Notes: a model not told the origin generated them from the letters alone. DNA of 64,000 nucleotides from Sphingomonadales bacterium (GCA_031424175.1 JANPGY010000008.1:7253-71252); one strand, 5' to 3'. Shown: positions 1 to 11,660, counted from the stretch's first letter. Made by a program: numbers and translations.

Positions 1-262
1 CGCCGAAACGGCGCGCGTAATAGCCCGCCTGCGCCTTGCGGAGGCCCGGAATGCCTCTCGACGCCGAATAGCCGTGCGCATCGGGTTTCATCGCGACCTC
101 GCACAGCTTGTCGATCACATGCTGCGGCGGCGGCAGATCGGGATTGCCCATGCCAAGATCGATAATGTCCTCACCGGCCGCGCGCGCGGCCGCCCGCAGC
201 GCGTTTACCTCGGCGATGACATAAGGCGGCAGGCGCTTCATGCGGTAAAATTCGTCGGACAT
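1..262 (-). CDS. PLP-dependent class I aminotransferase (AlaC / LL-DAP aminotransferase-like), cut by window start
   Basis: Own translation: [53 protein letters not shown]...[12 protein letters not shown]; not in ORF track. Confidence 0.88.
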   Translation of the reverse strand, partial: MSDEFYRMKRLPPYVIAEVNALRAAARAAGEDIIDLGMGNPDLPPPQHVIDKLCEVAMKPDAHGYSASRGIPGLRKAQAGYYARRFG

Positions 263-336
263 CATCTTCCCTTTCGCCCGACGTTCTACGTTAATCCGGC
301 CTTCGCGGAAATCGTGGAGTGCGATAAGACAGGATT

Positions 337-1938
337 ATGGCCGAAGAACCGATTTCATCATTCATGCCCGCGCCCGATGCGCTGCCTGATCTTGCCGACG
401 GCGTCCGCGCGATCCTCGATGGCTGGGGCGCCATATTGAAGCCGCTGGCGCAGGCGGGGCGCGACAGGGTGGATCCGCGCGACAGGCGTTTTTCCGGCCC
501 CGAATGGGATCATCCGGTATTCGATCTTATGCGGCAGGGCTATGCCGTGATGGCCGAAACAATGATGGCTTCGGTCGATCGCGTGCCGGGCCTGGACCCT
601 GCGATGCGCGAACAGGCGCGCTTTGCCATGCGGACGCTGACCGAGGCGATGTCGCCCGCCAATTCACCCTTCACCAATCCGGTCGCCTTGAACAGGGCGC
701 TCGCGACAGACGGCGCGAGCCTTGTCGAAGGGTTTCAGAAACTGGTCGCGGATATGCATCGCGGACAGCTGACGCACACTGATCCCGCGGCGTTTGAAAT
801 CGGCCGCAATCTTGCGACGACGCCCGGCAAGGTCATTTACGAAACGCCCCTCTACCAGCTGATCCATTACTCACCGGTCACGCCCACGGTCCTGAAAACG
901 CCACTGGTAATCTTTCCGCCATGGATCAACCGCTTCTACATCCTCGATCTGTCGCCTGAAAAAAGCTTCATCCGATGGGCGGTCGCTGAAGGCATCAGCG
1001 TTTTCGTCGTCAGCTGGAAATCGGCCGATGCGAGCATGAAGGACATTGGCTGGGACGATTATATCGCCGCGCAGATCGATGCGATCGATACGATCCGCGA
1101 TGCGCTGGAGGTCAAGTCGGTGCATGCCATCGGCTATTGCGTGGCGGGCACAACGCTTGCCGCGACCCTTGCGGTGCTGGCTGCCCAGGGCAAGGCAAAA
1201 AAGGTCAGATCGGCAACCTTCTTTACCGCACAGGTCGATTTCAGCAGTGCGGGCGAGCTGCTGCATTTCGTCGATGACGCCAGTCTGTCGCTGATCGAGC
1301 AATTGTCCGGCGACGGCTTTCTCGACGGTCGCTATCTTGCGCTGACGTTCAATCTTCTGCGCGGCAGGGATCTCATCTGGTCGACCGTGGAGTCGAACTA
1401 TCTGCTCGGCAGGGACTATCCGGCCTTCGATCTGCTGCACTGGAACGGCGACGTGACCAACCTGCCCGCGAAATGGCATCAGAGCTATCTGCGCGATCTT
1501 TATCGTGACAACCGGCTCGTCGAGCCCGGCGCCCTTACGGCACTGGGGGTGCCGATCGACCTGACCAGAATTGAAACCCCCGCTTATATCCAGGCCGGCC
1601 GGGACGATCATATCGCGCCGCTCGCCAGCGTGTGGAAGCTTACCGGTCATCTGAAGGGGCCGATACGTTTCGTGCTTGCGGGGTCGGGGCATATCGCCGG
1701 CGTGGTCAATCCGCCCGCGGCCCAGAAATATCAGCATTGGATCGGTGGTTCGATGGAAAGCCTCGACGCATTCATGGCCAGTGCGACGGAGGTAAAAGGC
1801 AGCTGGTGGCCCGATTGGGCAGCGTGGCTTCGTGCGCTGGGCGACGGTGAGGTTACGGCAGGCGGCGCACGCATCCCCGGCGAAGGGACGCTCAAGGCAA
1901 TCGAGGACGCGCCGGGCCGCTATGTAAAGACGCGCTGA
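337..1938 (+). CDS. phaC: Class I PHA synthase
   Basis: GYCVAGT catalytic Cys box, PPWINRFYILDL, GRDDHI, SGHIAG. Confidence 0.95.
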   Translation: MAEEPISSFMPAPDALPDLADGVRAILDGWGAILKPLAQAGRDRVDPRDRRFSGPEWDHPVFDLMRQGYAVMAETMMASVDRVPGLDPAMREQARFAMRTLTEAMSPANSPFTNPVALNRALATDGASLVEGFQKLVADMHRGQLTHTDPAAFEIGRNLATTPGKVIYETPLYQLIHYSPVTPTVLKTPLVIFPPWINRFYILDLSPEKSFIRWAVAEGISVFVVSWKSADASMKDIGWDDYIAAQIDAIDTIRDALEVKSVHAIGYCVAGTTLAATLAVLAAQGKAKKVRSATFFTAQVDFSSAGELLHFVDDASLSLIEQLSGDGFLDGRYLALTFNLLRGRDLIWSTVESNYLLGRDYPAFDLLHWNGDVTNLPAKWHQSYLRDLYRDNRLVEPGALTALGVPIDLTRIETPAYIQAGRDDHIAPLASVWKLTGHLKGPIRFVLAGSGHIAGVVNPPAAQKYQHWIGGSMESLDAFMASATEVKGSWWPDWAAWLRALGDGEVTAGGARIPGEGTLKAIEDAPGRYVKTR

Positions 1939-1971
1939 GCCGCGCATTTCTGATTGCCCGAAAAGTTATGC

Positions 1972-2027
1972 TGCAGTGCACAAAACGCTTGAAATGTGCT
2001 TCACATGATTTATATTGCAGTGCAGCA
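1972..2027 (+). promoter_or_regulatory. Two PhaR-type operator boxes upstream of phasin
   Basis: TGCAGTGCACAA (1972-1983) and TGCAGTGCAGCA (2016-2027) both fit the TGCRNYGCASMA-type PhaR motif. Confidence 0.7.
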
Positions 2028-2048
2028 TAGATGTAAGGAGGCCCGTTG

Positions 2049-2780
2049 ATGGCCGAACAACCCGTATTGAAATCCGTCGTTACAAAATCGGTAAGGCCGG
2101 CTGGTGTTCCGGCGAAAGCAGCTGCGGTATCGGCCAGGGCTGCCGATTCCGCTTTGCCTTCGGGCACTGCTGAAGCGCCACCGGCCGATCCGCCAGCGAT
2201 GGTCTTGCCCGTAGCGGCCTCCATGAGCGATGTTAACGCCAAATCACATGAAACCTCGGTTGCTGCGTCGCCCGCAGTCGCCTCTGCCAAAGGAACAAAA
2301 CCGATGAATGATACTGTAAACCAGGCGCAGGAAGCTGCCAAAACCTTCACCGCGCAGGCCACGGAAAAGACATCCGCCGCTTTTGCCGACATGAATGGCC
2401 GCGCCAAGGACGCCATGGCCAAGGGAACCAGGGCGATCGAGGAGCTTGTCGAGTTCTCCAAGGGCAACCTTGAAGCGATGGTCGCCTCGGGCCGCGTCGC
2501 CACGAGTGGCGTACAGGATATCGCGAGATATTCCGCGGAATATGGCCGCAAGACGATCGAGGAGGCGAATGCCACAGCCAAGCGCTTTGCCGGTGTCAAG
2601 TCGCCGACCGAGTTCTTTCAGCTTCAGTCGGAAGTGGCAAAGTCCTCGCTCGACGCCATGGTTGCCGAAGGGTCGAAGTTTACCGAAAGCTATCTGAAGC
2701 TCCTCGGCGAAATCGTCCAGCCGATGCAGAATCGGATGTCGGTTGCGGTCGAAAAGGTCAAGACGACCGTCGCTGGCTGA
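2049..2780 (+). CDS. phaP: Phasin family protein with Ala/Pro-rich N-terminal extension
   Basis: Phasin_2-like core (SKGNLEAMVASG...KSPTEFFQLQSE); RBS AAGGAGG before ATG 2049; follows phaC. Confidence 0.88.
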   Translation: MAEQPVLKSVVTKSVRPAGVPAKAAAVSARAADSALPSGTAEAPPADPPAMVLPVAASMSDVNAKSHETSVAASPAVASAKGTKPMNDTVNQAQEAAKTFTAQATEKTSAAFADMNGRAKDAMAKGTRAIEELVEFSKGNLEAMVASGRVATSGVQDIARYSAEYGRKTIEEANATAKRFAGVKSPTEFFQLQSEVAKSSLDAMVAEGSKFTESYLKLLGEIVQPMQNRMSVAVEKVKTTVAG

Positions 2781-2802
2781 TCACGGTATATTTCGATGAT
2801 CG

Positions 2803-2837
2803 AAAAGGCCACCGTTGCATCGCAGCGGTGGCTTTTT
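2803..2837 (+). terminator. Intrinsic terminator after phasin (possibly bidirectional)
   Basis: AAAAG-GCCACCGTTGC-atc-GCAGCGGTGGC-TTTTT hairpin with T-tract. Confidence 0.8.
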
Positions 2838-2851
2838 CCTGTCCCCAGCCT

Positions 2852-2879
2852 CTTGCCCCGTCCCCCTGCAATGCCATAT
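2852..2879 (+). promoter_or_regulatory. Possible RpoH-type promoter for clpS
   Basis: CTTG-N17-GCCATAT, between terminator and clpS start; imperfect -10. Confidence 0.3.
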
Positions 2880-2900
2880 TCTTGTTCGATGCTGATTCAG

Positions 2901-3230
2901 ATGGCCAGTGAAAGACGCAACGGCGATTCCGGCGGGACAGGCGTGGGCATCGCCACGCGCACGCGGACGCGCACCAAGCAGCCATCGCCGTATAAAGTGT
3001 TGATGCTCAACGACGATTACACGCCGATGGAATTTGTCGTGCAGTGCCTCCAGAAGTTTTTCCGGCTCAGTCTCGAAGACGCCACGCGCGTCATGCTTCA
3101 TGTCCACCAGAAGGGCGTCGGCGTCTGCGGGATATTCAGTTATGAGGTGGCCGAAACGAAGGTGACCCAGGTTACCGATTTTGCCCGAAGCAATCAGCAT
3201 CCGCTTCAGTGCACTTTGGAAAAGGCCTGA
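2901..3230 (+). CDS. clpS: ATP-dependent Clp protease adaptor ClpS
   Basis: [37 protein letters not shown]; start moved downstream of the terminator. Confidence 0.95.
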   Translation: MASERRNGDSGGTGVGIATRTRTRTKQPSPYKVLMLNDDYTPMEFVVQCLQKFFRLSLEDATRVMLHVHQKGVGVCGIFSYEVAETKVTQVTDFARSNQHPLQCTLEKA

Positions 3231-3248
3231 GGCAGCCGGACGCGTTCG

Positions 3249-3962
3249 TCACCGCGGCGTGGGATAAAGGTAGCTTTCGTCGAATTCGGCGATGGCATGC
3301 AGTCGTGCAAGATCGATCACCTCGACCATGCCCTGCGCGAAACTCACGATTCCATTTTCGCGGAGCAGCCGGAGCACGCGGTTCGTGTGGACCACGGTGA
3401 TCCCGCAGGCCGATGCGAGATCGGCCTGCTGCATCGGCAGCGGAAACTGTCGTCCGTCGCCAATCCCGACCATCCACAACCGGCGTCCGATCTCGGCAAA
3501 GAAATGGCCGACCCGGCCCAGGGCGTCGAGTCGGCCGAGGCGAAAAATCCATTCGCGGTGCATCGCCGCGTCGAGCATCGTCGAAAACCAGAGCATCTTG
3601 CCCAGGTTCGGATGATCGACGACCATCCGCTCGACCCTGGCGTGCGGGTAAATGCCGACGCTGCATGACGTCAGCGTTTCGACGTCGTGATCGAGGCGCT
3701 GCATCGGATAGCCGTGAAGATCGACGAAATCGCCGGGCACATGGACTGCCACGAGCTGTCGGCTGCCGTCGAGCCCGTCCATGTAGCGACAGGCAAAACC
3801 TTCTATGAGGAACAGGCTGCGCTCGATCAATTCGCCGCGGCGCACCATTTCTTCGCGCGGCGCAAAGGCCCGGACCGATCCGATCGATGATTCGAGAATA
3901 TCTATTTCGGCGCTGGAAAGCCTTTCGCGGTGACGGCCCTGGAGGAAGCGGTGAGTGAGCAT
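3249..3962 (-). CDS. Crp/Fnr family transcriptional regulator
   Basis: cNMP-binding-like domain (VHVPGDFVDLH) plus C-terminal HTH (MQQADLASACGITVVHTNRVLRLLR). Confidence 0.9.
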   Translation of the reverse strand: MLTHRFLQGRHRERLSSAEIDILESSIGSVRAFAPREEMVRRGELIERSLFLIEGFACRYMDGLDGSRQLVAVHVPGDFVDLHGYPMQRLDHDVETLTSCSVGIYPHARVERMVVDHPNLGKMLWFSTMLDAAMHREWIFRLGRLDALGRVGHFFAEIGRRLWMVGIGDGRQFPLPMQQADLASACGITVVHTNRVLRLLRENGIVSFAQGMVEVIDLARLHAIAEFDESYLYPTPR

Positions 3963-4078
3963 GGTATGCCCTCGTTACGCACCGGTTCCGGCAAGAGGAA
4001 TATGTAACTTTCATAATTGATCGATGTTATTTGTCCGAAACAAGACCGGGTCCATTGCTCCTGCCGAGGGAGTACGCA

Positions 4079-4246
4079 ATGACGAAGCCTACCGACCGAG
4101 ACTATTACGCCCGCCGCCTGAGCGAGGAGCGCAGCAAGGCGGCTGCCGCGTCCGACGAAGCCACCGCGCGCATCCATGCCACGCTTGCCGAGGCCTATGC
4201 GCAAAAGCTTGCCGCTTTTGGTGACAGCACCGTGTCGGTCGGCTGA
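4079..4246 (+). CDS. Small helical hypothetical protein (55 aa)
   Basis: DRDYYARRLSEERSKAAAA...IHATLAEAY pattern typical of sphingomonad small proteins; RBS GAGGGAG. Confidence 0.7.
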   Translation: MTKPTDRDYYARRLSEERSKAAAASDEATARIHATLAEAYAQKLAAFGDSTVSVG

Positions 4247-4298
4247 ACCATTCGATCCGCCGCCTTGCACCCGCCCCTGATCTCGTTATCAGGCCGGG

Positions 4299-5585
4299 AT
4301 GGATCGTATCGTTGTTCGCGGCGGCAATCGCCTTTCGGGTCGGATACCGATTTCGGGTGCCAAGAATTCCGCGTTGACGCTGCTGCCCTGCGCGCTGCTG
4401 ACCGACGAGCCGCTGACGCTGCGGAACCTGCCGCGGCTGGCCGATGTCGACAGTTTCGGCCATCTGCTCAACCAGCTCGGCGTTTCGACGATGGTCGAAG
4501 GCGCGCGGCCCGATGATTTCGGGCGCGTGATGACAGCGCGGGCCCAGCGCGTCACCGCGACGACGGCACCCTATGACATCGTACGCAAGATGCGCGCGTC
4601 GATCCTCGTGCTCGGCCCGCTGCTGGCACGGATGGGCGAGGCGACGGTCTCGCTCCCCGGCGGATGCGCCATCGGCAACCGGCCGATCGATCTGCACCTG
4701 AAAGCGCTCGAGGCGTTTGGGGCGACGATCGAGATGCTCGCCGGCTATGTCAAGGTTTCGGCACCCGGCGGTCGCATCCCCGGCGGGACGATGCGCTTTC
4801 CCATCGTTTCGGTGGGGGCAACCGAGAATGCGTTGATGGCGGCGGTGCGCGCGCGGGGCACCTGTGTCATCGAGAATGCGGCGCGCGAGCCGGAGATTGT
4901 CGATCTGTGCCGGTGTCTCGTCGCCATGGGTGCCAGCATCGAGGGCATCGGCACCGAAACGCTGACGATCGAAGGTCGTGACCGCCTCCACGGCGCGACC
5001 TATGCGGTCATGCCCGACCGGATCGAGGCGGGAAGCTATGCCTGCGCCGCTGCCATCACCGGCGGCGATGTCGAGCTTGTCGGTGCCGATGCGAGCGAGA
5101 TGGGCGCAACGCTTGGTACTCTTGCGGAAGCGGGGGTGACCGTCGAACCGGTGAAAGACGGCATTCGCATCGCGGCCGAGGCAGGTTCGCTCAGACCGGT
5201 GACAGTTTCTACAGCACCCTATCCAGGCTTCGCCACAGACATGCAGGCGCAGCTGATGGCGATGCTGCTGAAAGCGGACGGCGCGAGCGTGCTTACAGAG
5301 ACAATCTTCGAAAACCGCTACATGCATGTTCCCGAGCTTGCGCGAATGGGGGCCGATATTCAGGTGCGCGGGCGCACCGCGGTCGTCTACGGCGGTGTGC
5401 CGCTCACCGGTGCGCCCGTGATGGCGACCGATCTGCGCGCGTCGATGTCGCTCATCATCGCCGGACTGGCGGCAATGGGGGAGACGAGCGTGGCGCGTGT
5501 CTATCACCTCGATCGCGGCTATGAGCGTCTTGAGGAAAAACTGCGTGCCGTCGGTGCCGATATCGAGCGGGTAAGTGACGGCTAG
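4299..5585 (+). CDS. murA: UDP-N-acetylglucosamine 1-carboxyvinyltransferase
   Basis: [20 protein letters not shown] (active Cys), [12 protein letters not shown]. Confidence 0.97.
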   Translation: MDRIVVRGGNRLSGRIPISGAKNSALTLLPCALLTDEPLTLRNLPRLADVDSFGHLLNQLGVSTMVEGARPDDFGRVMTARAQRVTATTAPYDIVRKMRASILVLGPLLARMGEATVSLPGGCAIGNRPIDLHLKALEAFGATIEMLAGYVKVSAPGGRIPGGTMRFPIVSVGATENALMAAVRARGTCVIENAAREPEIVDLCRCLVAMGASIEGIGTETLTIEGRDRLHGATYAVMPDRIEAGSYACAAAITGGDVELVGADASEMGATLGTLAEAGVTVEPVKDGIRIAAEAGSLRPVTVSTAPYPGFATDMQAQLMAMLLKADGASVLTETIFENRYMHVPELARMGADIQVRGRTAVVYGGVPLTGAPVMATDLRASMSLIIAGLAAMGETSVARVYHLDRGYERLEEKLRAVGADIERVSDG

Positions 5586-5699
5586 CGTCGCCCGGATCCT
5601 CCCAACCGTCTTCGTGGCCTGGCTGCAGGTGACTCGAACAGCAAAGTCTTGCCCGATCACCCGTTGGTGCTCCTGCTCGCAGCTTGATCGGTCGATGCG

Positions 5700-6536
5700 G
5701 TGACCGAAGCCGAGTTCCTCGCCCTCCTCCGCCCCTTTGCCGGCCACCCGGCCGCGCGCGGACTGGCGGATGATGCGGCTGTGCTCGGCGATCTGGTGCT
5801 GACGCATGACGTGCTTGTGGAAGGCGTGCATTTTCGCGGTGGCGATCTGCCCGAAGATGTCGCGTGGAAAATCCTCGCGGTGAACCTGTCCGATCTTGCG
5901 GCAAAGGGCGCGATGCCGCTCGGAGTGCTGCTCGGCTATCCACTCTCGACCGACGACTGGGACGGCGCTTTCGTGCGCGGGTTCGGTGCGGCGCTGGCGC
6001 ATTTCGACGTGGCCCTGTTCGGCGGCGATACGGTGAGGGGTCCGCGCGTGATGTCGGTGACCGCGATCGGGCGGAGCGCGCACGCGCCCGCACGGTCCGA
6101 TGCGCGCGTGGGCGACAGTCTCTATGTCACCGGCATGATCGGGCGCGCGGGGCTGGGCATGGCGGGCGATCCGCTCCACGCCGGGGCCTATCTCCGGCCG
6201 CAGCCGCGGTTGGCCGAAGGACGCGCGCTTGCCGGTATTGTTCATGCGATGATGGACGTGTCGGACGGCCTGCTGATCGATGCGGCGCGCATGGCCGAGG
6301 CCTCTGGCCTGGCGGTTGAGATCGATCTCGACGCGGTGCCTCACGTCGGCGAGATCATGGCAGCGGTGACTGCGGGCGACGATTACGAACTGTTGTTCGC
6401 CGCGCCTTCCGGCCTGCCGCTGCCGGTTCCTGCCGCGCGGATCGGCATTTTCCGCGATGGTCATGGATTGACGCTCGAGGGTGCGCATGGCCCGGTTCCG
6501 CTTCCGGCGCGCCTGGGTTGGGATCACGGCATCTGA
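5700..6536 (+). CDS. thiL: Thiamine-monophosphate kinase
   Basis: [39 protein letters not shown]. Confidence 0.93.
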   Translation: MTEAEFLALLRPFAGHPAARGLADDAAVLGDLVLTHDVLVEGVHFRGGDLPEDVAWKILAVNLSDLAAKGAMPLGVLLGYPLSTDDWDGAFVRGFGAALAHFDVALFGGDTVRGPRVMSVTAIGRSAHAPARSDARVGDSLYVTGMIGRAGLGMAGDPLHAGAYLRPQPRLAEGRALAGIVHAMMDVSDGLLIDAARMAEASGLAVEIDLDAVPHVGEIMAAVTAGDDYELLFAAPSGLPLPVPAARIGIFRDGHGLTLEGAHGPVPLPARLGWDHGI

Positions 6537-6618
6537 AGGTTGCCATGATGCGCGGTGCCCCTTTAAAGAGCCGAACACGGGCGAGGCGTGCTGCCACGAA
6601 TATACTGGGGATGCGACA

Positions 6619-8730
6619 ATGAATTTTGCTCTGTTCGCCATGGGTTGTGGCATGATCGCCGTGCTCTACGGCATATTGACGAGCGGACAGATTCTTCGGG
6701 GATCCCCCGGAAATGCCCGGATGCAGGAAATCGCGGCGGCTATCCAGGAAGGCGCGCAGGCCTATCTGAACCGGCAATATACGGCGATCGCTATCGTCGG
6801 CGCGGTGATCGCGGTGCTTGTGGCCTATTTCCTCGGGCTGACGTCGGCGGTCGGATTCCTGCTCGGCGCCGTGCTGTCGGGAGCGACGGGCTTTATCGGC
6901 ATGAACATCTCGGTGCGCGCGAACGTGCGCACGGCGGAAGCCGCATCAAAGGGTCTGCAACAGGGGCTGACGATGGCGTTTCGCGCCGGGGCGATCACCG
7001 GCATGCTCGTTGCCGGCCTCGCGTTGATCGCGATTGCGGGCTTTTTCTATTATCTTGTCGACATTGCGGGCAATATGCCGAACGACCGGGCAGTGATCGA
7101 CGCGCTCGTCGCGCTGGCATTCGGCGCATCGCTGATCTCGATCTTTGCGCGTCTGGGCGGCGGGATTTTCACCAAGGCGGCAGATGTCGGTGCCGATCTC
7201 GTCGGCAAGGTCGAGGCTGGTATTCCGGAAGACGATCCGCGCAATCCTGCCGTGATCGCGGACAATGTCGGCGATAACGTCGGCGACTGCGCCGGCATGG
7301 CGGCCGATCTGTTCGAAACATATGTCGTGACGATCGGCGCGACGATGGTGCTCATCGCGCTGCTCGTGCAGGGCGCGGGAGAGATGCTGCTGCCTTTGAT
7401 GACGCTTCCGCTGCTCGTCGGCGGCGTCTGCATCATCACGTCGATCATCGGCACCTATGCCGTGCGCCTCGGCACCGGCACGAACATCATGGGTGCCATG
7501 TACAAGGGATTCGGGCTGACGGCAGTGCTGTCGGCGATCGTGATCTGGTTCGCCACGAACTATGCGCTCGGGGATATGGAAGCGGTGATCGGCGCGAATC
7601 TCGACGGGAGCGGCGGCTTCACAGGGCGCATGCTTTATTACTGCATGTTCCTCGGGCTGGTCATCACCGGCCTGATCGTGTGGATCACCGAATATTATAC
7701 GGGGACCAACTACCGCCCGGTACGCTCGATCGCGAGAGCATCGGAGACGGGGCATGGAACGAACGTGATCCAGGGGCTTGCAATCAGCCTCGAGGCGACG
7801 GCCCTGCCGACGCTGGTCATCTGCGTCGGCATCATCAGCGCCTATCAACTCGCCGGGCTGGTCGGGATCGCCTTTACGGCAACCGCGATGCTGGCGCTCG
7901 CCGGAATGGTCGTCGCGCTCGATGCCTATGGTCCGGTGACCGACAATGCCGGCGGCATCGCCGAGATGGCGGGCCTGCCCGATGATGTGCGCAAAAGAAC
8001 CGATGCGCTTGATGCAGTGGGCAATACGACGAAGGCGGTGACCAAGGGCTATGCCATCGGTTCGGCGGGCCTGGCCGCGCTTGTGCTGTTCGCGGCCTAT
8101 ACCGCCGATCTTAAATTTTATTACGGAGACAGGTTCGACGTCAATTTCAGCCTTGAAAATCCCTATGTCATCGTCGGCCTGCTGCTTGGCGCACTGCTGC
8201 CCTATCTGTTCGGCGCGCTGGGGATGACGGCGGTCGGCCGCGCGGCGGGCGATGTCGTGAAAGACGTCCGCGCGCAATTTGCCGAGAACAAGGGGATCAT
8301 GGACGGAACATCGAGGCCCGATTATGCGCGCACGGTGGACCTCGTGACCAAGGCGGCGATCAGGGAAATGATCCTGCCGTCGCTCCTCCCGGTGCTTGCG
8401 CCGATCGCGGTCTATTTCATCATCGCGCAGGTCGCCGGGCAGGCAGAGGGCTTTGCGGCACTCGGCGCGCTGCTTCTCGGCGTGATCGTCTCAGGACTGT
8501 TCGTCGCGCTGTCGATGACGTCGGGCGGCGGGGCCTGGGACAATGCCAAGAAATATATCGAGGACGGCAATCACGGCGGCAAGGGATCCGAAGCGCACAA
8601 GGCCGCGGTGACCGGCGATACGGTGGGCGATCCCTATAAGGATACTGCCGGCCCGGCGGTGAACCCGATGATCAAGATCACCAACATCGTGGCGCTGCTG
8701 CTGCTGGCAGCGCTCGCGCATGCCATGTGA
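6619..8730 (+). CDS. hppA: Membrane H+-translocating pyrophosphatase, K+-independent type
   Basis: [35 protein letters not shown] (Lys variant), [10 protein letters not shown]. Confidence 0.95.
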   Translation: MNFALFAMGCGMIAVLYGILTSGQILRGSPGNARMQEIAAAIQEGAQAYLNRQYTAIAIVGAVIAVLVAYFLGLTSAVGFLLGAVLSGATGFIGMNISVRANVRTAEAASKGLQQGLTMAFRAGAITGMLVAGLALIAIAGFFYYLVDIAGNMPNDRAVIDALVALAFGASLISIFARLGGGIFTKAADVGADLVGKVEAGIPEDDPRNPAVIADNVGDNVGDCAGMAADLFETYVVTIGATMVLIALLVQGAGEMLLPLMTLPLLVGGVCIITSIIGTYAVRLGTGTNIMGAMYKGFGLTAVLSAIVIWFATNYALGDMEAVIGANLDGSGGFTGRMLYYCMFLGLVITGLIVWITEYYTGTNYRPVRSIARASETGHGTNVIQGLAISLEATALPTLVICVGIISAYQLAGLVGIAFTATAMLALAGMVVALDAYGPVTDNAGGIAEMAGLPDDVRKRTDALDAVGNTTKAVTKGYAIGSAGLAALVLFAAYTADLKFYYGDRFDVNFSLENPYVIVGLLLGALLPYLFGALGMTAVGRAAGDVVKDVRAQFAENKGIMDGTSRPDYARTVDLVTKAAIREMILPSLLPVLAPIAVYFIIAQVAGQAEGFAALGALLLGVIVSGLFVALSMTSGGGAWDNAKKYIEDGNHGGKGSEAHKAAVTGDTVGDPYKDTAGPAVNPMIKITNIVALLLLAALAHAM

Positions 8731-8784
8731 CGGAGCGGTCCGCCGGGCAGCGCAGACGCTGAAAACATCGACTGACGCCAAGGC

Positions 8785-9687
8785 TCAGGCCCCTGAGCGC
8801 ACCAGCGTCCCCGCCCCTTTTTCCGTGAAGATTTCCACCAGCATCGCGTGCGGCACGCGCCCGTCGAGGATGACCGCCGCGCCTACGCCATTCCTTACGG
8901 CGTTGACGCACGTCTCAAGCTTCGGGATCATCCCGCCGGAAACCGTACCGTCAGCATGCAGCGCTTCGACCTGATCCGGCGTGAGATCGGTGATCAGTTC
9001 GCCCGACTGATCGAGCACCCCGGCAACGTCGGTCAAAAGAAACAGCCGGGTCGCGCCCAGTGCGGCTGCGACCGCGCCCGCCATGGTATCGGCGTTGATG
9101 TTATAGGTCTGCCCGCCCACGTCGGGCGCGATCGGCGCGATGACCGGAATGACGCCCGACGCTGACAGGGTATCGATGATCGAGCGATCGACGCTCAGCG
9201 GTTCGCCGACGAAACCCAGGTCGACATTACGTTCGATACCACGATTGGGATCGGCCGACCGGTGTTCGATCTTGCGCGCCAGGACGAGCGCCGCGTCTTT
9301 TCCCGAAAGCCCGACCGCGCGGCCTTCCGCCGCCGCGATCCAGCCGACAATCTGTTTGTTGATCGCGCCGAGGACCATTTCCGCAACCGCCGCCGTTTCG
9401 GCATCGGTAACGCGCAGCCCACCCACGAACGCACTTTCAACGCCGAGCTTTTTCAGCATTGCGCCGATCTGCGGACCGCCGCCGTGAACGACGACGGGAT
9501 TTATGCCGACGGCCTTCAGCAGAACGACGTCCTGTGCAAAATCCTTGGCAGCGTCGGCATCACCCATGGCATGGCCGCCATATTTGATGACGAACGTCTG
9601 CCCCGCATAGCGCTGTATATAGGGCAGCGCCTCGACGAGAGTCGCGGCCTTTGCCAGCAGCGATTGATCGGGATCGTGACGGCTCAT
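8785..9687 (-). CDS. argB: Acetylglutamate kinase
   Basis: [29 protein letters not shown]; true start MSRHDP inside the longer track ORF. Confidence 0.95.
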   Translation of the reverse strand: MSRHDPDQSLLAKAATLVEALPYIQRYAGQTFVIKYGGHAMGDADAAKDFAQDVVLLKAVGINPVVVHGGGPQIGAMLKKLGVESAFVGGLRVTDAETAAVAEMVLGAINKQIVGWIAAAEGRAVGLSGKDAALVLARKIEHRSADPNRGIERNVDLGFVGEPLSVDRSIIDTLSASGVIPVIAPIAPDVGGQTYNINADTMAGAVAAALGATRLFLLTDVAGVLDQSGELITDLTPDQVEALHADGTVSGGMIPKLETCVNAVRNGVGAAVILDGRVPHAMLVEIFTEKGAGTLVRSGA

Positions 9688-10328
9688 CCGGGCTGCTCCT
9701 GATCGAGTGCGTCGGCGATGCGAATGAGCAGCACGATGACGAGCGGCACCATGACAGCGGACAGCGCGATCTTGGCGATTATCTGCCCCGCCATCAGCAG
9801 CAGGATTTCGCGCTCGCCATAGAATGATATGGTGATGAAGATCAGCGTATCGACGATCTGGGAAAGCGCCGCCGCGGCAAATCCGCGCAGGCTCGCCCGC
9901 CCGCCGGACATGCCGCGAAACCTGTCGAACAGCCAGACGTTCAGCGTCACCGAAACGCCATAGGCAGCAAGCCCTGCGGCCATCATCCGCCCGCTCTGGC
10001 CGACGATGATCGGGAAAGCGGCCTTGGCAGGCTCGTACATTCCCGGATCGGTGGGGAGGTTCAGAACGACAAGCGCCAGCAGGATCGCAGCCACCAGCGG
10101 CACGAAGCCATAGGCAACAAGCCGGTTCGCGGTCGCCCGCCCGTGCGTCTGCGCGACCGCGCTCGAAACGGCGATCAGCGTCAGAAAGGGGAAGATACCA
10201 GCTTCGACCGCGAGCGGCCCGAGCGCGACCTGCTTTGCCCCGAGGAAGCCACCCAGCGGCACCATTCCCCCGTAAAAGACCGAGAATATGAACAGGGATC
10301 GCGGAATTGCGGTTGTATGTGCAGCCAT
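9684..10328 (-). CDS. Queuosine precursor transporter (YhhQ / VUT family)
   Basis: Hydrophobic; [30 protein letters not shown]; 4-bp overlap with argB start. Confidence 0.8.
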   Translation of the reverse strand: MAAHTTAIPRSLFIFSVFYGGMVPLGGFLGAKQVALGPLAVEAGIFPFLTLIAVSSAVAQTHGRATANRLVAYGFVPLVAAILLALVVLNLPTDPGMYEPAKAAFPIIVGQSGRMMAAGLAAYGVSVTLNVWLFDRFRGMSGGRASLRGFAAAALSQIVDTLIFITISFYGEREILLLMAGQIIAKIALSAVMVPLVIVLLIRIADALDQEQPG

Positions 10329-10400
10329 TGACGCGGTTGCTACTTGCTTTTGCGGCCAACGCAACAGCATCGTGCGCGGGGCGATGGCTCGGGGGGTTTC

Positions 10401-11651
10401 GTGACGAGGGTTTTGACCGGGCTGGCAGGTATCGTCCTGATCCTCGCCATTGCGGTGCTGCTGTCGTCGAACCGGCGCGCGATCCGGCTGCGTGTCGTTG
10501 GCGCGGCATTCGCGCTCCAGGCGGCGATCGCGGTGCTGGTGCTGTATGTGCCGGTCGGGCGCGCGGCGATCGCCGGCATGGCAACCGGCGTCACGGCGCT
10601 GCTCGGCTATGCAGGCAAGGGCACCGAACTGATTTTCGGCAAGCTCGCGACGGATCCGGGTTTCGGCACCGCGTTCGCATTTGCGGCGCTTCCGGTCATC
10701 ATATTTTTCGCCGCACTGGTTTCGGTGCTCTATCACCTCGGCATCATGCAGTTCGTCATCCGCTGGGTCGGGGGCGGCATTGAAAGGATCATCGGCGTCT
10801 CTAAAGTAGAGGCGCTGTGCGCCGCGGCGAATATCTTCGTCGGGCAGAGCGAGTCGCCACTCGTCATCCGTCCCTATCTCGCGGGCCTGGCACCGAGCCA
10901 GATGTTCGCGGTGATGTCTGTTGGCATGGCCGGGGTCGCCGGAACAGTATTGGCGGCCTATGCGGCGCTGCTCGGGCCGGGCTCGCTTCCCTATCTGCTG
11001 GCAGCGTCGTTCATGGCGGCACCGGGCGGATTGCTGATGGCCAAGATCATGATGCCCGACGATGCCCAGACGCTCACCGGGCTTGCAGCGTCAGACGCCA
11101 TCGCCCCCCTCACCCCTGCCGAGGAGGGGGAAACACCGGCGAATATCATCATGGCGGCGGCCATCGGGGCGCAGACCGGCGTGAGGATCGCCGTCGCGGT
11201 TGCGGCGATGGTCCTCGCTTTCGTCGCGCTGGTCGCGCTCGCCAATGGCATCCTTGCTGCGGCGGGCAGCTGGTTCGGCTTCGAAAACCTGAGTTTCCAG
11301 CTTATTCTGGGAACGATCCTGTCGCCGTTGATGATCATGCTGAACATCCCGCCGAACGAAGCGGCGGCGGCGGGGAGCCTGATCGGTACCAAGATCGTCC
11401 TGAACGAATTCGTCGCGTTCATCGATCTTGGCACGATGAGAACGCTTTCGCCTTACACCACAGCGGTGGTCACTTTCGCGCTGTGCGGCTTTGCCAATTT
11501 CTCGTCGATCGCGATCCAGATGGCGTCGGCGGGCAGCCTTGCTCCCAATCAGCGCCCCGTTATCGCGCGACTGGGCGTGAGGGCGCTGGCGGCGGGAAGC
11601 CTCGCAAACCTGATGAGCGCGGCGCTGGCGGGGCTGCTCATCGCACGCTGA
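10401..11651 (+). CDS. nupC: Concentrative nucleoside transporter (NupC/CNT)
   Basis: [43 protein letters not shown]. Confidence 0.92.
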   Translation: MTRVLTGLAGIVLILAIAVLLSSNRRAIRLRVVGAAFALQAAIAVLVLYVPVGRAAIAGMATGVTALLGYAGKGTELIFGKLATDPGFGTAFAFAALPVIIFFAALVSVLYHLGIMQFVIRWVGGGIERIIGVSKVEALCAAANIFVGQSESPLVIRPYLAGLAPSQMFAVMSVGMAGVAGTVLAAYAALLGPGSLPYLLAASFMAAPGGLLMAKIMMPDDAQTLTGLAASDAIAPLTPAEEGETPANIIMAAAIGAQTGVRIAVAVAAMVLAFVALVALANGILAAAGSWFGFENLSFQLILGTILSPLMIMLNIPPNEAAAAGSLIGTKIVLNEFVAFIDLGTMRTLSPYTTAVVTFALCGFANFSSIAIQMASAGSLAPNQRPVIARLGVRALAAGSLANLMSAALAGLLIAR

Positions 11652-11660
11652 CGGCCGTAG

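Noticed and set aside
2796-2900. Longer clpS N-terminus given by the ORF track
   Set aside because: Runs through the phasin terminator; ATG 2901 gives a normal ClpS
4089-6653. Long antisense ORFs (854 aa here; also 54504-56438, 33974-35998, 21776-23635 and others)
   Set aside because: Shadows of real genes in GC-rich DNA: Arg/His-rich, no motifs, opposite well-supported CDSs
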